Shown one piece after another: positions 18,225 through 27,333 of a DNA stretch of 56,503 nt (its first letter is position 1; the number at the start of each line of letters is the position of its first letter). Below the pieces are notes generated by a model. That model saw nothing but the letters and a program-made list of their open reading frames with translations. It searched no databases and was not told the origin of the DNA. The DNA lies in IMG/VR virus record IMGVR_UViG_3300037478_000558, positions 1-56,503 of that record. One strand, given 5' to 3'. This DNA comes from a virus. Taxonomy: Duplodnaviria > Caudoviricetes. A program made the translations under genes and the position numbers.

Positions 18225-19927
18225 GCGTCTTCCGGCTCGTCCTTCTCTTCCGGTTCATCCTCGGACCCAGGGATCGTGGTCCTGGTCTCTTCGAGCGGCT
18301 CGTAGACGACGTTGTCGTCGAGCTCCTTCTCGATGGCCTCGACCACCTCCGGCGTTGCCAGGTCGCCCAGGATCAGCTTGCAGAGCTGGAGCAGCGATAG
18401 CTTCTTGAATGTCGGGCTCGGAACGTCCAGTTCTTTGACGAGCACACCTCGCTCGACCTCGCCGTCCACGTCTGCCAGGTCGAATTTCTCGAAGCCCTGC
18501 GCGGTCCACTGCGCCACGAGTTCGACCTCGCCACGCCCCAGCGACACGAGTCGCACGATATCGAGCGCGACCTCGCGAAGGTGCTCACCCAGTGCGCGAA
18601 GGATCACGCTGGCCGCTGCCTTGTCCTGCTTCTTCGATTCGCCGCTCCTCTTGAGCGCTGCTGCCCCGTTGTCCGTGGACAGAGCCATCTGGTGCGTGAC
18701 CCGGTGCATGTCGTCGCGGATGTCGGTGCACGACTTGAGGATCTGGTCAAACGAAGCGGGATCGGGTCCGACGAAGCGCGCATCATCCTCCTTGCCGCGC
18801 ACCTGGACGTAGCCCGGGCCGCGGGTCTGGTTGATGGCCCGATCGGGATCCGATGCCATCCCTTCCTCGACTCGCACACCCGATCGCCGCTGGTTGTCCT
18901 GAAATTCGTAGAGATCCTGAAACGCGCTCTGCGTCTGGGCCCAGTGCAGACCACTCCGTAGATTCAGGTGCGCGCTGGCCATGCGCCCGAGCTTATCCAT
19001 CGCCCAGAGGCCGGCCGGCAGCACCATGCGGGCAAGGGGCACGCGCTGGAAGGTGTGCGCGCCCTCATCGATCAGCGGGATGATCTGCTCGTCGCGGATC
19101 TCCTGGTCTTCCTTGACCAGGATCTCGAACTTCGCCCAGCTCGCCGTGTCGTAATACCACCACGTGCGCCGGATCTTGTTGCGGTCGTCGAAGAGGGTCT
19201 CCCGCGGGCGATCCTCGAAGTAGAGCAGCGCCCATTTCAGTTGACCGTTGTCGTTCTCCTCCCAGTCGAGCACGCATTCCGGCGCGATCGGCACCGCATA
19301 GGCCCGTAGCGCGCCGGCCTTCTCCTGGTCGTATTGGGAGCCGAACTGCATCGGCTCGCCCTGCTCGTTGCGCATCGCTGGGAGCTCGACGATCGTCCAC
19401 GCGCAGCCGCACACCAGCGCGGTCTCGATGAGCTCTTTCAGGAGCTGGTCGATCGAAACCGTGCGCCCCCCGGCCTTGCTCACGTCCCCGAAAAACTCGT
19501 CATAGAAGGCAGGATAGGCGTCCTCGCTCTCATCGCCACCGGTGGACATGGATATGCTCTGCTCGGAGATCGCCGAGACCAGGTGCCCGATTATTTCCCC
19601 GGCATAGGGGATGTAATAGGCACGTCTGATGCGCTCCATGTAGATCGCCGGGTGCTCGTCGCGATGCCGCGGAAAAACTTCCTCGCACACCTGGGCATCC
19701 TTGAAGATCGACTCTCCGCCCTTGTACAGCGCCCGAAGACGCGCCCATTGCGCCGCGTCCCTGCTCGGATGCTCGCGGCAAAGCAACTTGTACGGCACCC
19801 CAGGGCCGCGATACTCGCTCGGCTTGCCCTGGCCACCGCCGGCGCCCTTGTGCCGCTCCTCGGCTCGCTGGATGGCCATGGTCGCAATTGTACCGGTGAG
19901 CATCTCGCCTGAATTCTGCATTGCCAT
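18221..19927 (-). CDS. Portal protein
   Basis: Follows TerL; LYKGG, PRH..E...Y..R..RA, SGESKKQD motifs. Confidence 0.82.
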   Translation of the reverse strand: MAMQNSGEMLTGTIATMAIQRAEERHKGAGGGQGKPSEYRGPGVPYKLLCREHPSRDAAQWARLRALYKGGESIFKDAQVCEEVFPRHRDEHPAIYMERIRRAYYIPYAGEIIGHLVSAISEQSISMSTGGDESEDAYPAFYDEFFGDVSKAGGRTVSIDQLLKELIETALVCGCAWTIVELPAMRNEQGEPMQFGSQYDQEKAGALRAYAVPIAPECVLDWEENDNGQLKWALLYFEDRPRETLFDDRNKIRRTWWYYDTASWAKFEILVKEDQEIRDEQIIPLIDEGAHTFQRVPLARMVLPAGLWAMDKLGRMASAHLNLRSGLHWAQTQSAFQDLYEFQDNQRRSGVRVEEGMASDPDRAINQTRGPGYVQVRGKEDDARFVGPDPASFDQILKSCTDIRDDMHRVTHQMALSTDNGAAALKRSGESKKQDKAAASVILRALGEHLREVALDIVRLVSLGRGEVELVAQWTAQGFEKFDLADVDGEVERGVLVKELDVPSPTFKKLSLLQLCKLILGDLATPEVVEAIEKELDDNVVYEPLEETRTTIPGSEDEPEEKDEPEDA

Positions 19928-19938
19928 ACGCCTTGAAG

Positions 19939-21405
19939 CTACTTCCATCGGCCCGGTGCAGCAATACCCCCGCGGACTATGCGCCCGGTCGATGGGTTGA
20001 TCAGTTCATTGAACGCATGCGCGGTGCCGTCAACCTGGTCGTCGTGCTTGTCGTTCACGCCGGTGAAGATCTGGACCTCGGTGAGGTAGTGGCGCAGCCA
20101 GGGCGCCCGGGCGGGGACGCGCAGACGGCCCTGATTCCAGAAATGGCTTGCCGGCTGGGCGCGCTGATACTTGTCGCCGAGCATCGGCGCCTCGACCACG
20201 TCGATCCCCGGGGCGATGCGCAGGAGGAGCTGTGGTACCGCCTTGAATCCTGCTACCGCCTCGACGACGATCCCCGCCCCGTACCATCGCCGCTGCAATG
20301 CGACGAGATCCTCGGCGAACTGCGGTACCGAAACCTGCTCGCGGTAGACGTCGAGGATATATGCCACCGCCTCGCGTTTGCCCGTCTCTTCGTTGCGCTC
20401 GTTCCGCACGCCCAGGACCACGGCAGCGCTGTAGTCGGACGCCGTGCTCTCCGATGCGGCCGGGTCCGCACCGATCACGATCGTCATGCCGTCGAGCTTG
20501 AGGCTCTCGGGCTCGTAGAAGGTCGGGCGCCCGAATACCTGGGTGCCGCGCGGGCGGGGAAGGCCATCGTACAGGGCAGCCCAGGACCACGGCCCGATCT
20601 GCCGCTTGATGGATTCTAGCTCATCGACCGGGAAGCGCTCGGGCCACAGCGGCGATCCTAAAGATCGGCCGAGCGGGTCATCGATGCCGGCAACGGCCGG
20701 TATGTTGATGATCTCCCAGCCCATATCACCGAGTCGACCGATCAGGTCATCCTCGTGCCAGCGGGTGTGAATCACGACCACGCTGGCGCCTTCCAGTCGG
20801 GTGATTACGACCTCGTTGAACCACTCCCAGATGGTCTCCCGGCGCGTGATGCTGTCGGCCTCCTGGCGATTCTTGAAGGGGTCATCGACGACCATCAAGC
20901 CACTGATGCCCTGCCCGGTGAGGCCGCCCCCCACGCCACCGGCGAGCAATCCACCGCCCTGGAGCGTGCGCCACTCGTCCATGCCGCGCGAGTCGCGCAG
21001 GAGCTGCACACCGGCCCGCATGGCGAGCTCTCGGGCCACCCTGGACTTGCTGCGCCCCTTGCGGTCCGAGTACGTGTAATAGCCGCACGTGTCCGCGGGC
21101 GAGTGTTTGAGCCACCATGCAAAAGCATAGAGGATGGCCGTAGTCTTCGCGTGCCTCGGAGGCCAGGACAGGCAGAAGCGGCGCCGGTTGGCCCGGGCAT
21201 CCTCAATGCGCTTGCAGAGATATCTGACGTGCGGAGGCGGGGGCAGGGTGGGGCTGATCTCGACGATGAACTCGGGGAGCGGCTGATAGCCGTACAGCTC
21301 GCGCAGCAGTAGCTCGGCTTCCGCGCGCTCCTCCGCGGGGAGATCCTCGATTGCCCTCTTGGCCTTCGTTTGCCAGAGGAGCTGCCTTATCTCCCCGTTT
21401 TGCAC
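19939..21405 (-). CDS. terL: Terminase large subunit
   Basis: PPRHAKT Walker A variant, GGLTGQG, VVDDPFKN, TRWHEDDL, C-terminal HDDQVD nuclease motif. Confidence 0.93.
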   Translation of the reverse strand: MQNGEIRQLLWQTKAKRAIEDLPAEERAEAELLLRELYGYQPLPEFIVEISPTLPPPPHVRYLCKRIEDARANRRRFCLSWPPRHAKTTAILYAFAWWLKHSPADTCGYYTYSDRKGRSKSRVARELAMRAGVQLLRDSRGMDEWRTLQGGGLLAGGVGGGLTGQGISGLMVVDDPFKNRQEADSITRRETIWEWFNEVVITRLEGASVVVIHTRWHEDDLIGRLGDMGWEIINIPAVAGIDDPLGRSLGSPLWPERFPVDELESIKRQIGPWSWAALYDGLPRPRGTQVFGRPTFYEPESLKLDGMTIVIGADPAASESTASDYSAAVVLGVRNERNEETGKREAVAYILDVYREQVSVPQFAEDLVALQRRWYGAGIVVEAVAGFKAVPQLLLRIAPGIDVVEAPMLGDKYQRAQPASHFWNQGRLRVPARAPWLRHYLTEVQIFTGVNDKHDDQVDGTAHAFNELINPSTGRIVRGGIAAPGRWK

Positions 21406-21408
21406 TGA

Positions 21409-21882
21409 CTACGTGTGATACGAGACGCCCGGAATCATGGCTGCATGCGTCCAGACGCGATTGCCGATGGTGCCGCCGCGCTTCGTCATCTCTTCGGCTT
21501 CGGCGATCGTGACCTTGCGCGCCGTGCTCGACGCTTCCACGACACGGCCGTCACCGAGAGAAATCGCGACGTGTGCGCGCTTCGGCCGCTGGCCTGCGAG
21601 TGGGTCGCCTCCGCTGAAGTAGAAAAGTAGAGCACCCCGGGTCTTCAACCCCGCGGGGACCGATATCTGATAGTCATGTTTTACGGCATGGCTGAACTGG
21701 TTCCACGATCCATCGGGCATCCGCGGCCCGACACCCGCCCGGGCGCATGCCCACTCGATCAGCTCGGAGCAGTCGATCGCCGCGGGCGAGTCATCCTTCT
21801 TACTGGTCTCGGCGCCGAAGCGGTAGGGTGTGCCGAGCAGGCTCATGGCCTCGATGATCACGTCTCTGTAGTCGATTGGCAT
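21409..21882 (-). CDS. NlpC/P60 cysteine peptidase, probable endolysin
   Basis: LGTPYRFG, IDCSELI catalytic Cys, HVAISLGDG catalytic His. Confidence 0.88.
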   Translation of the reverse strand: MPIDYRDVIIEAMSLLGTPYRFGAETSKKDDSPAAIDCSELIEWACARAGVGPRMPDGSWNQFSHAVKHDYQISVPAGLKTRGALLFYFSGGDPLAGQRPKRAHVAISLGDGRVVEASSTARKVTIAEAEEMTKRGGTIGNRVWTHAAMIPGVSYHT

Positions 21883-21997
21883 CTGGCCATACTAGATCAC
21901 TTGGCCCGGATCCACTCCCGGGCGATCTTGAAGATCGCCGAATTGGTGCCGCGGCCTGGAAGGTGACGACCTGCAATACTCGCGATAGCATGGACCC

Positions 21998-22243
21998 ATG
22001 AGCACCCATGATTCGAATCGCCATGGTCCATTGCCTTCCGATCGGATCGCATTTGGCCGCATGCATATAGATTTTCTCGAGGCTACCCGTCGCGCCATGC
22101 CGGACATGGCCACGTCCACGGCATGCCGCTGCTCCGGTGCACCGATTGGCAGGGGTGGCGCGGTGGAGTGTCTGTGCGATCTACTATTGGAGCCGGTTGC
22201 TGGCGTCGTTCCGGCCCATGCCGCGCCACGCGGGGGACGGTGA
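21998..22243 (+). CDS. Hypothetical protein
   Basis: TAGCAT-N6-ATG; first gene of an overlapping small-gene chain. Confidence 0.45.
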   Translation: MSTHDSNRHGPLPSDRIAFGRMHIDFLEATRRAMPDMATSTACRCSGAPIGRGGAVECLCDLLLEPVAGVVPAHAAPRGGR

Positions 22244-22485
22244 TGTCGCACGGAAAGACAAACGCCAGCCGAATGGGCGGCCCGAGCAACCTTGCAGAGA
22301 AATTGCTTGCTGCCGCCCGCGAGCAGGGCCGGCGCGAGGCCGTGACCATGCTGCGCCAGCGGGCGGGCCAGCTATGCCAGGGAGGCATGCCAAACGATAT
22401 CCTACGGGATTTCGAGGGCCGCGTGCTAGCAGCCGCGGCCCTCGCCATCGAGCGCGGCGACTGGAAGGCGGGCGACGATGAGTGA
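22243..22485 (+). CDS. Hypothetical protein
   Basis: TGATG coupling; helical. Confidence 0.5.
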   Translation: MSHGKTNASRMGGPSNLAEKLLAAAREQGRREAVTMLRQRAGQLCQGGMPNDILRDFEGRVLAAAALAIERGDWKAGDDE

Positions 22486-22621
22486 TGATTTGCCGTGCTG
22501 CCACCGGTGCGGATCGTGGCGGGCGAAGATGACGTTTCACGCGTTGTATATGCACCATGCCAATTGGGCGTGCGTCGATGCTACGGGGTGCCGGCGCCGC
22601 CAGCGACGGGGGCGACGATGA
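22478..22621 (+). CDS. Small Cys-rich hypothetical protein (47 aa, MSDDLPCCHRCG...)
   Basis: Coupled start and stop; CxxC motif; not in ORF track. Confidence 0.45.
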   Translation: MSDDLPCCHRCGSWRAKMTFHALYMHHANWACVDATGCRRRQRRGRR

Positions 22622-22812
22622 GCGATGAGATGGCTCGATGCCCATGGTGCCGAAAGCACATTCAGCTTCGGACGCCGGCTCGGATCATGCGCGTGCACGG
22701 GCCCAGGTATCAGCGCTGTCGCGGAAGTGGGCAGACGCCGGAGGTAGCTACCCAAGCCAAAACCGACCGCGAGAAGCGGAACAACGAGTGGAGGCGCGAC
22801 GATGAGCGATGA
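22618..22812 (+). CDS. Small Zn-finger-like protein (MSDEMARCPWC..H..C.GSG)
   Basis: CPWC...H...CRGSG motif; ATGA coupling. Confidence 0.55.
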   Translation: MSDEMARCPWCRKHIQLRTPARIMRVHGPRYQRCRGSGQTPEVATQAKTDREKRNNEWRRDDER

Positions 22813-22987
22813 GACCAAGCCCGACCTGACACCGTGGCAGAGGATCGCCAGGGCTGCACAGCGTGATACGGGCCTTCGCCTGTCAGCGGATGAGGTGTTC
22901 AAACTGAGCATGGATGACGCAATTATGCGTCGGGCGTGGCTCGACGATCTTGGCGTCGATGGCGAAGAGGAGTTGACAGATGAGTGA
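22802..22987 (+). CDS. Hypothetical protein
   Basis: RBS GGAGG; coupled to neighbours. Confidence 0.55.
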   Translation: MSDETKPDLTPWQRIARAAQRDTGLRLSADEVFKLSMDDAIMRRAWLDDLGVDGEEELTDE

Positions 22988-24329
22988 TGACACGACCAAG
23001 CCCGGCCTGCCCACGGTGGAGCAGGTGCGGGACCACGAGAAGCACGGGGGGCTGTGGCGCGTGAGGAGTGCGGATGGGCACATGTGGTTTCTGCGTGTTC
23101 GCGTCTACCATTCGGTTCAATGTGCACCACAGCTTTCGACTCAGTGGGTTGCTGATTGGCCAGAAGACACTGAGGGCGCTACGTGGACCCCCTACGACCA
23201 GCAGGGCAACCCGCTGCCCCTGGTCGAGGAAGTAGAGTTCCTTCGGTGTGGCAACCAGTCGTATCGTAATCGCCTCAAGCTGTGGATGAAGATTGCCGTG
23301 CGACGCCAAGAAGAGCGCGACGCTGCCCGCGCCGAGGTGGCGAGCGTGGCAAGCGAGCGCGACGACGTGCGCACGACCGTGATCGCCCAAGCCAACGACC
23401 TGGATGAGGCGCACGCCGAGGTGCGTGCACTGCGCGAGCAGCGAGAATCGCTTCGTGCAGGAATGGCGCAAATTAGGGTGCTGTCCGCGGCCATCGCCCG
23501 GGCAGAGGCGCCCGAGCGCGAGCGCGACGAAGCGCTCAGGACCGCAAAGGAGGAGCTCGACTGGCAGAGCCTCGCGGACTATCAGATGCTCGGCGACCCG
23601 GACATGCCCGGGGGGCAGGCTCTCCGGGCCCTGGTGCGTGCTGCGCGTGCTGCATGGCTTGGAGCCGCCCTGGATCGCGGGATCGCTGGGCCATCTACAC
23701 TAGAGATCATCATCGCCATGGACAATGACGACGCATGGGGTGATTTGTGGGAGGCAGTCCAACGGCGTGACGGTGATGCCTGTGCCCTGTTCTTGGCCGT
23801 GCTGCTGGACCGGCAGCCGCCCAAGACTCTGGGCGAGGCGATCGATGCCTGCGCTGCTGCCCCGGAGCACGATGATCTCGACACCGTAGGCAAGCGCCAC
23901 ACCCTCACCGAGGAGGGTGATTGCGTTGGCTGGTGCTCGGCGTGCCGGGAGAATCGGGCCAGCGGGCGCAACCCAGACGGCACGGCCCCGGTGACCGAGG
24001 GCCAGCCGATCGAGCCAGTCGCTTCATCCGCCGAGAATATGCGCGCCGGTTCGCCAAAGGATTGTATATTCAGCTCCACGCCTTACCCTCCATCTGCCGG
24101 GAAAGGCGAGGAGATATGCGCGGGAATATGCGCGCCGGTGACCGAGGGCAGGACGTGCGGGGGGTGTCAGCGCGGGCGTGGCTGGAATGCTAATGGCCGC
24201 GGGTATTGCATCGGCATGGGCAAGGTCCGCGCCGATGGGCGAATTCTGCCGCGCCGGGCGTTGCATCGGGACCAAATCCCGCCCGACGACTGCCCCGAGT
24301 TCGAGCCACGGGAGGGCTCTACCACATGA
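22980..24329 (+). CDS. Mosaic multi-segment hypothetical protein (coiled coil plus Cys-rich segments)
   Basis: RBS GAGGAG; 449 aa; internal APVTEG duplication. Confidence 0.6.
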   Translation: MSDDTTKPGLPTVEQVRDHEKHGGLWRVRSADGHMWFLRVRVYHSVQCAPQLSTQWVADWPEDTEGATWTPYDQQGNPLPLVEEVEFLRCGNQSYRNRLKLWMKIAVRRQEERDAARAEVASVASERDDVRTTVIAQANDLDEAHAEVRALREQRESLRAGMAQIRVLSAAIARAEAPERERDEALRTAKEELDWQSLADYQMLGDPDMPGGQALRALVRAARAAWLGAALDRGIAGPSTLEIIIAMDNDDAWGDLWEAVQRRDGDACALFLAVLLDRQPPKTLGEAIDACAAAPEHDDLDTVGKRHTLTEEGDCVGWCSACRENRASGRNPDGTAPVTEGQPIEPVASSAENMRAGSPKDCIFSSTPYPPSAGKGEEICAGICAPVTEGRTCGGCQRGRGWNANGRGYCIGMGKVRADGRILPRRALHRDQIPPDDCPEFEPREGSTT

Positions 24330-24649
24330 TCCAATACGTTCGTTGCCAGCGCCACACCGTTGACGGCGTGCGAGAAGCCTTCGCATTCTTCGATACGGTC
24401 CGAGACCGATTCGTCGTGATCGGCAGCGATCAGATCTTCGAAACCATCCAAGATCTTCTCGATGCTGCGCACTCGGAGCCGTCAATGCCTCGCCCCGTAG
24501 CTGGCCTGATTCGTCTTATCCCGCCCGAACCACCCTTATTAGCGCAAGTTTCTCTGACCGCCCGTACGAGCGATCAGTATGAGTTTCCTGCGCCGAAGAT
24601 GCCCGATCACATGCTGTATCCGCCTATCCGCAAGAAGTCGAAGCCATGA
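24326..24649 (+). CDS. Hypothetical protein
   Basis: RBS GGAGG; ATGA coupling at both ends. Confidence 0.55.
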   Translation: MIQYVRCQRHTVDGVREAFAFFDTVRDRFVVIGSDQIFETIQDLLDAAHSEPSMPRPVAGLIRLIPPEPPLLAQVSLTARTSDQYEFPAPKMPDHMLYPPIRKKSKP

Positions 24650-24996
24650 GCAATATCACCCGCACGACCCGCCGGCAGAGCCAGCGCGCCAATCATCGAG
24701 CCAAGGCCACCGCGGCCCGCGCCGAGCAGAATCGACGCATCCTGGCCATCCAGGCCGAAGCAGCCAAGCGCGGCACGCCCATCAGCCGGCGCGCCGTGCG
24801 TGCGCTGCTCGGCAAGCCTGGGGTGGGCACGCGCTTGCTGGCCACTGCGGCGGGGATGGAGCGCGAGGCTGCGCCCATCGTGATCAATGAGGATGTCGAG
24901 ATCGATCGCGCTGTCGGTGAGCCGATCTTGGAGATCGGCACGTTATCGGGCCTGATAGGTAACCATGATCCTCTCGCTATTCGACCTGTCGGGTAA
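24646..24996 (+). CDS. Hypothetical basic protein
   Basis: Coupled ORF with GC3-rich codons. Confidence 0.5.
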   Translation: MSNITRTTRRQSQRANHRAKATAARAEQNRRILAIQAEAAKRGTPISRRAVRALLGKPGVGTRLLATAAGMEREAAPIVINEDVEIDRAVGEPILEIGTLSGLIGNHDPLAIRPVG

Positions 24997-25597
24997 CTGG
25001 CCAGCCCCGTACGCGGGTCAGGGGATCCCGGTCCTATCCTGCGATATTCAGAAGGGCGTTGACGTCCTGAGCATCACGCCTGACTGGCTGGCATCAAAAG
25101 GGTTCCTGCCAGACCGTATAAAGGGCATCCTGGCCGCCCCCCCCTGCACAGAGTTTACCAAGGCCGGTGCGCACCTGTGGCCCATCAAAGACGCCACAGG
25201 GCGAACCGCTTCAAGCGTCCAACTCGTGCGCAAAACCCTGGAAATTATCTCTTGGTGCCACGGTCTTGCGTTCTGGGCTATTGAAAATCCACCTGGTCGC
25301 CTTCCTGCACTCGTCCCGGAGCTGTGTCGATACTCTCCATGGTATTTCGAGCCCTGGCACTTCGGCGATCCATGGACCAAGAAAACCGGACTCTGGGGAC
25401 GTTTCAACTATCCACGGAAAACGCCGGTTGCGCCCTCCGGTAGCTGGGTTTTCCGCTTTTCTGGCGGCACCCAACACGGCAAGAACCAGCGCTCTGTAAC
25501 CCCTCCGGGCTTCGCTCGTGCATTCGCTCTTGCCAACCCTATTATCTCATCCGGCACCCCCGATAGCGCTATCGAGCAGTCCTGCATGTCGTGGTAG
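24965..25597 (+). CDS. Compact DNA cytosine-C5 methyltransferase-like protein
   Basis: ILSLFD.SG motif I variant, AAPPCTEF motif IV, WAIENP motif VI, KKTGLWG; AT-richer. Confidence 0.75.
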   Translation: MILSLFDLSGNWPAPYAGQGIPVLSCDIQKGVDVLSITPDWLASKGFLPDRIKGILAAPPCTEFTKAGAHLWPIKDATGRTASSVQLVRKTLEIISWCHGLAFWAIENPPGRLPALVPELCRYSPWYFEPWHFGDPWTKKTGLWGRFNYPRKTPVAPSGSWVFRFSGGTQHGKNQRSVTPPGFARAFALANPIISSGTPDSAIEQSCMSW

Positions 25598-25609
25598 AAT
25601 CCGCCGCGT

Positions 25610-26527
25610 ATGGCACACACCTCCGAATTCCTATTCGTGCCGGTCAGCGTCGCTGCCGGATCCGCAGTCATCGTCAACCCCCGGTCGGGCGTTCTCTTCG
25701 CGCTCTCGGGCACCTTCACCGCCTCGGTCAAGTTCCAGTATTCGCCGCTCAAGAGCGGTGACGTCTGGTTCGACGTGGGCGGCACGCTCACCGCTGCCGG
25801 CCTCGTGCGCTTGCCCCCGGGCCGCGCCCAGCGGGTGCGCGCGAACACGACCGCGTACACCTCCGGCGATCCGGCCGCGACGATTCTTCACGATCGCGCG
25901 CTCCAGGCCCTCCGCACGGAGATGACCTTTGCCGAGCTGGATGTCGCGGTCCCCGCGGAGGTTGCCGCGGGCGATGCGTCCGAGCTGCCCGATGCCGAGT
26001 CCACCCTATTCTCGCTGTCGGGCACCTTCGTCGGCACGGTCCAGCTCCAGGTCAGCCCCGCCACGAGCGGGAACATCTGGTTCAACTGGGGGCCGGCGCT
26101 GACCGCCCCCGCCGTTGTCTGGGTGCCCGTGGGAACCGCGATGCGCATCCGGGCCAATACCACCGCGTATACCTCCGGCACGCCCGTGGGCAAGGCCATC
26201 AAAGGCTTCCTGCAGGAGCAGAACGCGGACGGCGAGAGCATCGAGACCGTCACCAGCGGCGCCCTGTCCCTGCTCGCGCGCACGAGCCTGATCTCGGTGA
26301 CCGACACCGCCGCCTACACGATCGGCGACGGCTGGATCGAGGGGCAGCGCAAGAGCCTCCGCGTCACCGTGGCCGGAGGCACCCCGGACGGCACGCTGAC
26401 GCCGGACACCTTCGCCGACGGGACTTCGCTCGACCTGGACGCAGTCAACGAGTCCGTCGAGCTGGAGTGGCACCAGGCCGATGGCTGGAATGTCGTCCAC
26501 ATCGTCGGCGCCACGATCACCGCGTAG
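25610..26527 (+). CDS. Putative virion decoration/fibre protein with two repeated beta-sandwich domains
   Basis: Duplicated LFxLSGTF..V..Q.SP..SG..WF...LTA......RANTTAYTSG unit; Thr/Gly-rich. Confidence 0.6.
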   Translation: MAHTSEFLFVPVSVAAGSAVIVNPRSGVLFALSGTFTASVKFQYSPLKSGDVWFDVGGTLTAAGLVRLPPGRAQRVRANTTAYTSGDPAATILHDRALQALRTEMTFAELDVAVPAEVAAGDASELPDAESTLFSLSGTFVGTVQLQVSPATSGNIWFNWGPALTAPAVVWVPVGTAMRIRANTTAYTSGTPVGKAIKGFLQEQNADGESIETVTSGALSLLARTSLISVTDTAAYTIGDGWIEGQRKSLRVTVAGGTPDGTLTPDTFADGTSLDLDAVNESVELEWHQADGWNVVHIVGATITA

Positions 26528-26576
26528 CCGTTCCCTTCCTCGACCGGATTCCCGTACAGCGCTATAACATCGCTCT

Positions 26577-27050
26577 ATGCATTGGGAATTCATCACTTCG
26601 AATCTGGCACTGGAAATCCTTCTGTTGCTCCTGGGCGCGATCGGCGCCCTGGGCGGCAAGCTCGTGCACCGGCACATTCGCTGGAAGCGAGCCACCGACG
26701 TCCTCGACCGGCTCGGGCAGCACGTGCACCGGGCCGTGCTCTCGACATACCAGACCTACGTGCGATCCATTCGCGAGGGTCGTGAGGATGGCGTTCTCAC
26801 CAACGCGGAGAAGGATCGCGCAAAGCAGCTCGCCGTCGAGGCGGCGAAGAGCTATTGCGGATGGGATGATCTCGTGTGGATCCTCGGTCTCGACGGTGCG
26901 AACAGCGCCATAGACGACAGCGTCGAGGAGACCGTCGCCCTCCTCAAGCACTGGGAGTTGATGCCCGCCACCAAGGGCGACGAGCAGCGCATCACGGTGC
27001 CACTCCCCCCTCCGATGGGGCCGATGGGGTCGAGCTCCCTCCGGTCCTGA
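26577..27050 (+). CDS. Holin-like single-TM protein
   Basis: N-terminal TM followed by AVLSTYQTYV..DG.LT..EK..AK..A holin-like motif. Confidence 0.6.
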   Translation: MHWEFITSNLALEILLLLLGAIGALGGKLVHRHIRWKRATDVLDRLGQHVHRAVLSTYQTYVRSIREGREDGVLTNAEKDRAKQLAVEAAKSYCGWDDLVWILGLDGANSAIDDSVEETVALLKHWELMPATKGDEQRITVPLPPPMGPMGSSSLRS

Positions 27051-27333
27051 TCAGCCCGCTCAAGCTCTCCTCGCGGCTCGATGCCGTGGAGCGCGCGGGC
27101 GAGGGGACGCGGCTCCAGCTCGGGCTCGACATCCGGCCGCATATCATCGGTGGGCGCCTCTCCCTCGAGCACTACCGGCGCGCGCCCATCCACACCACGG
27201 CATTCTTCGACGCCTACGCATCCAGGATCCCCCGCTCGCCCATCGACTACGGCATCCTGGCCGGCCTGCGGATGCGCTTCTGACCTGCCAGTTACCGCCT
27301 TCCATATCCGCCCTGCCCGGGTATATTTCGGGC

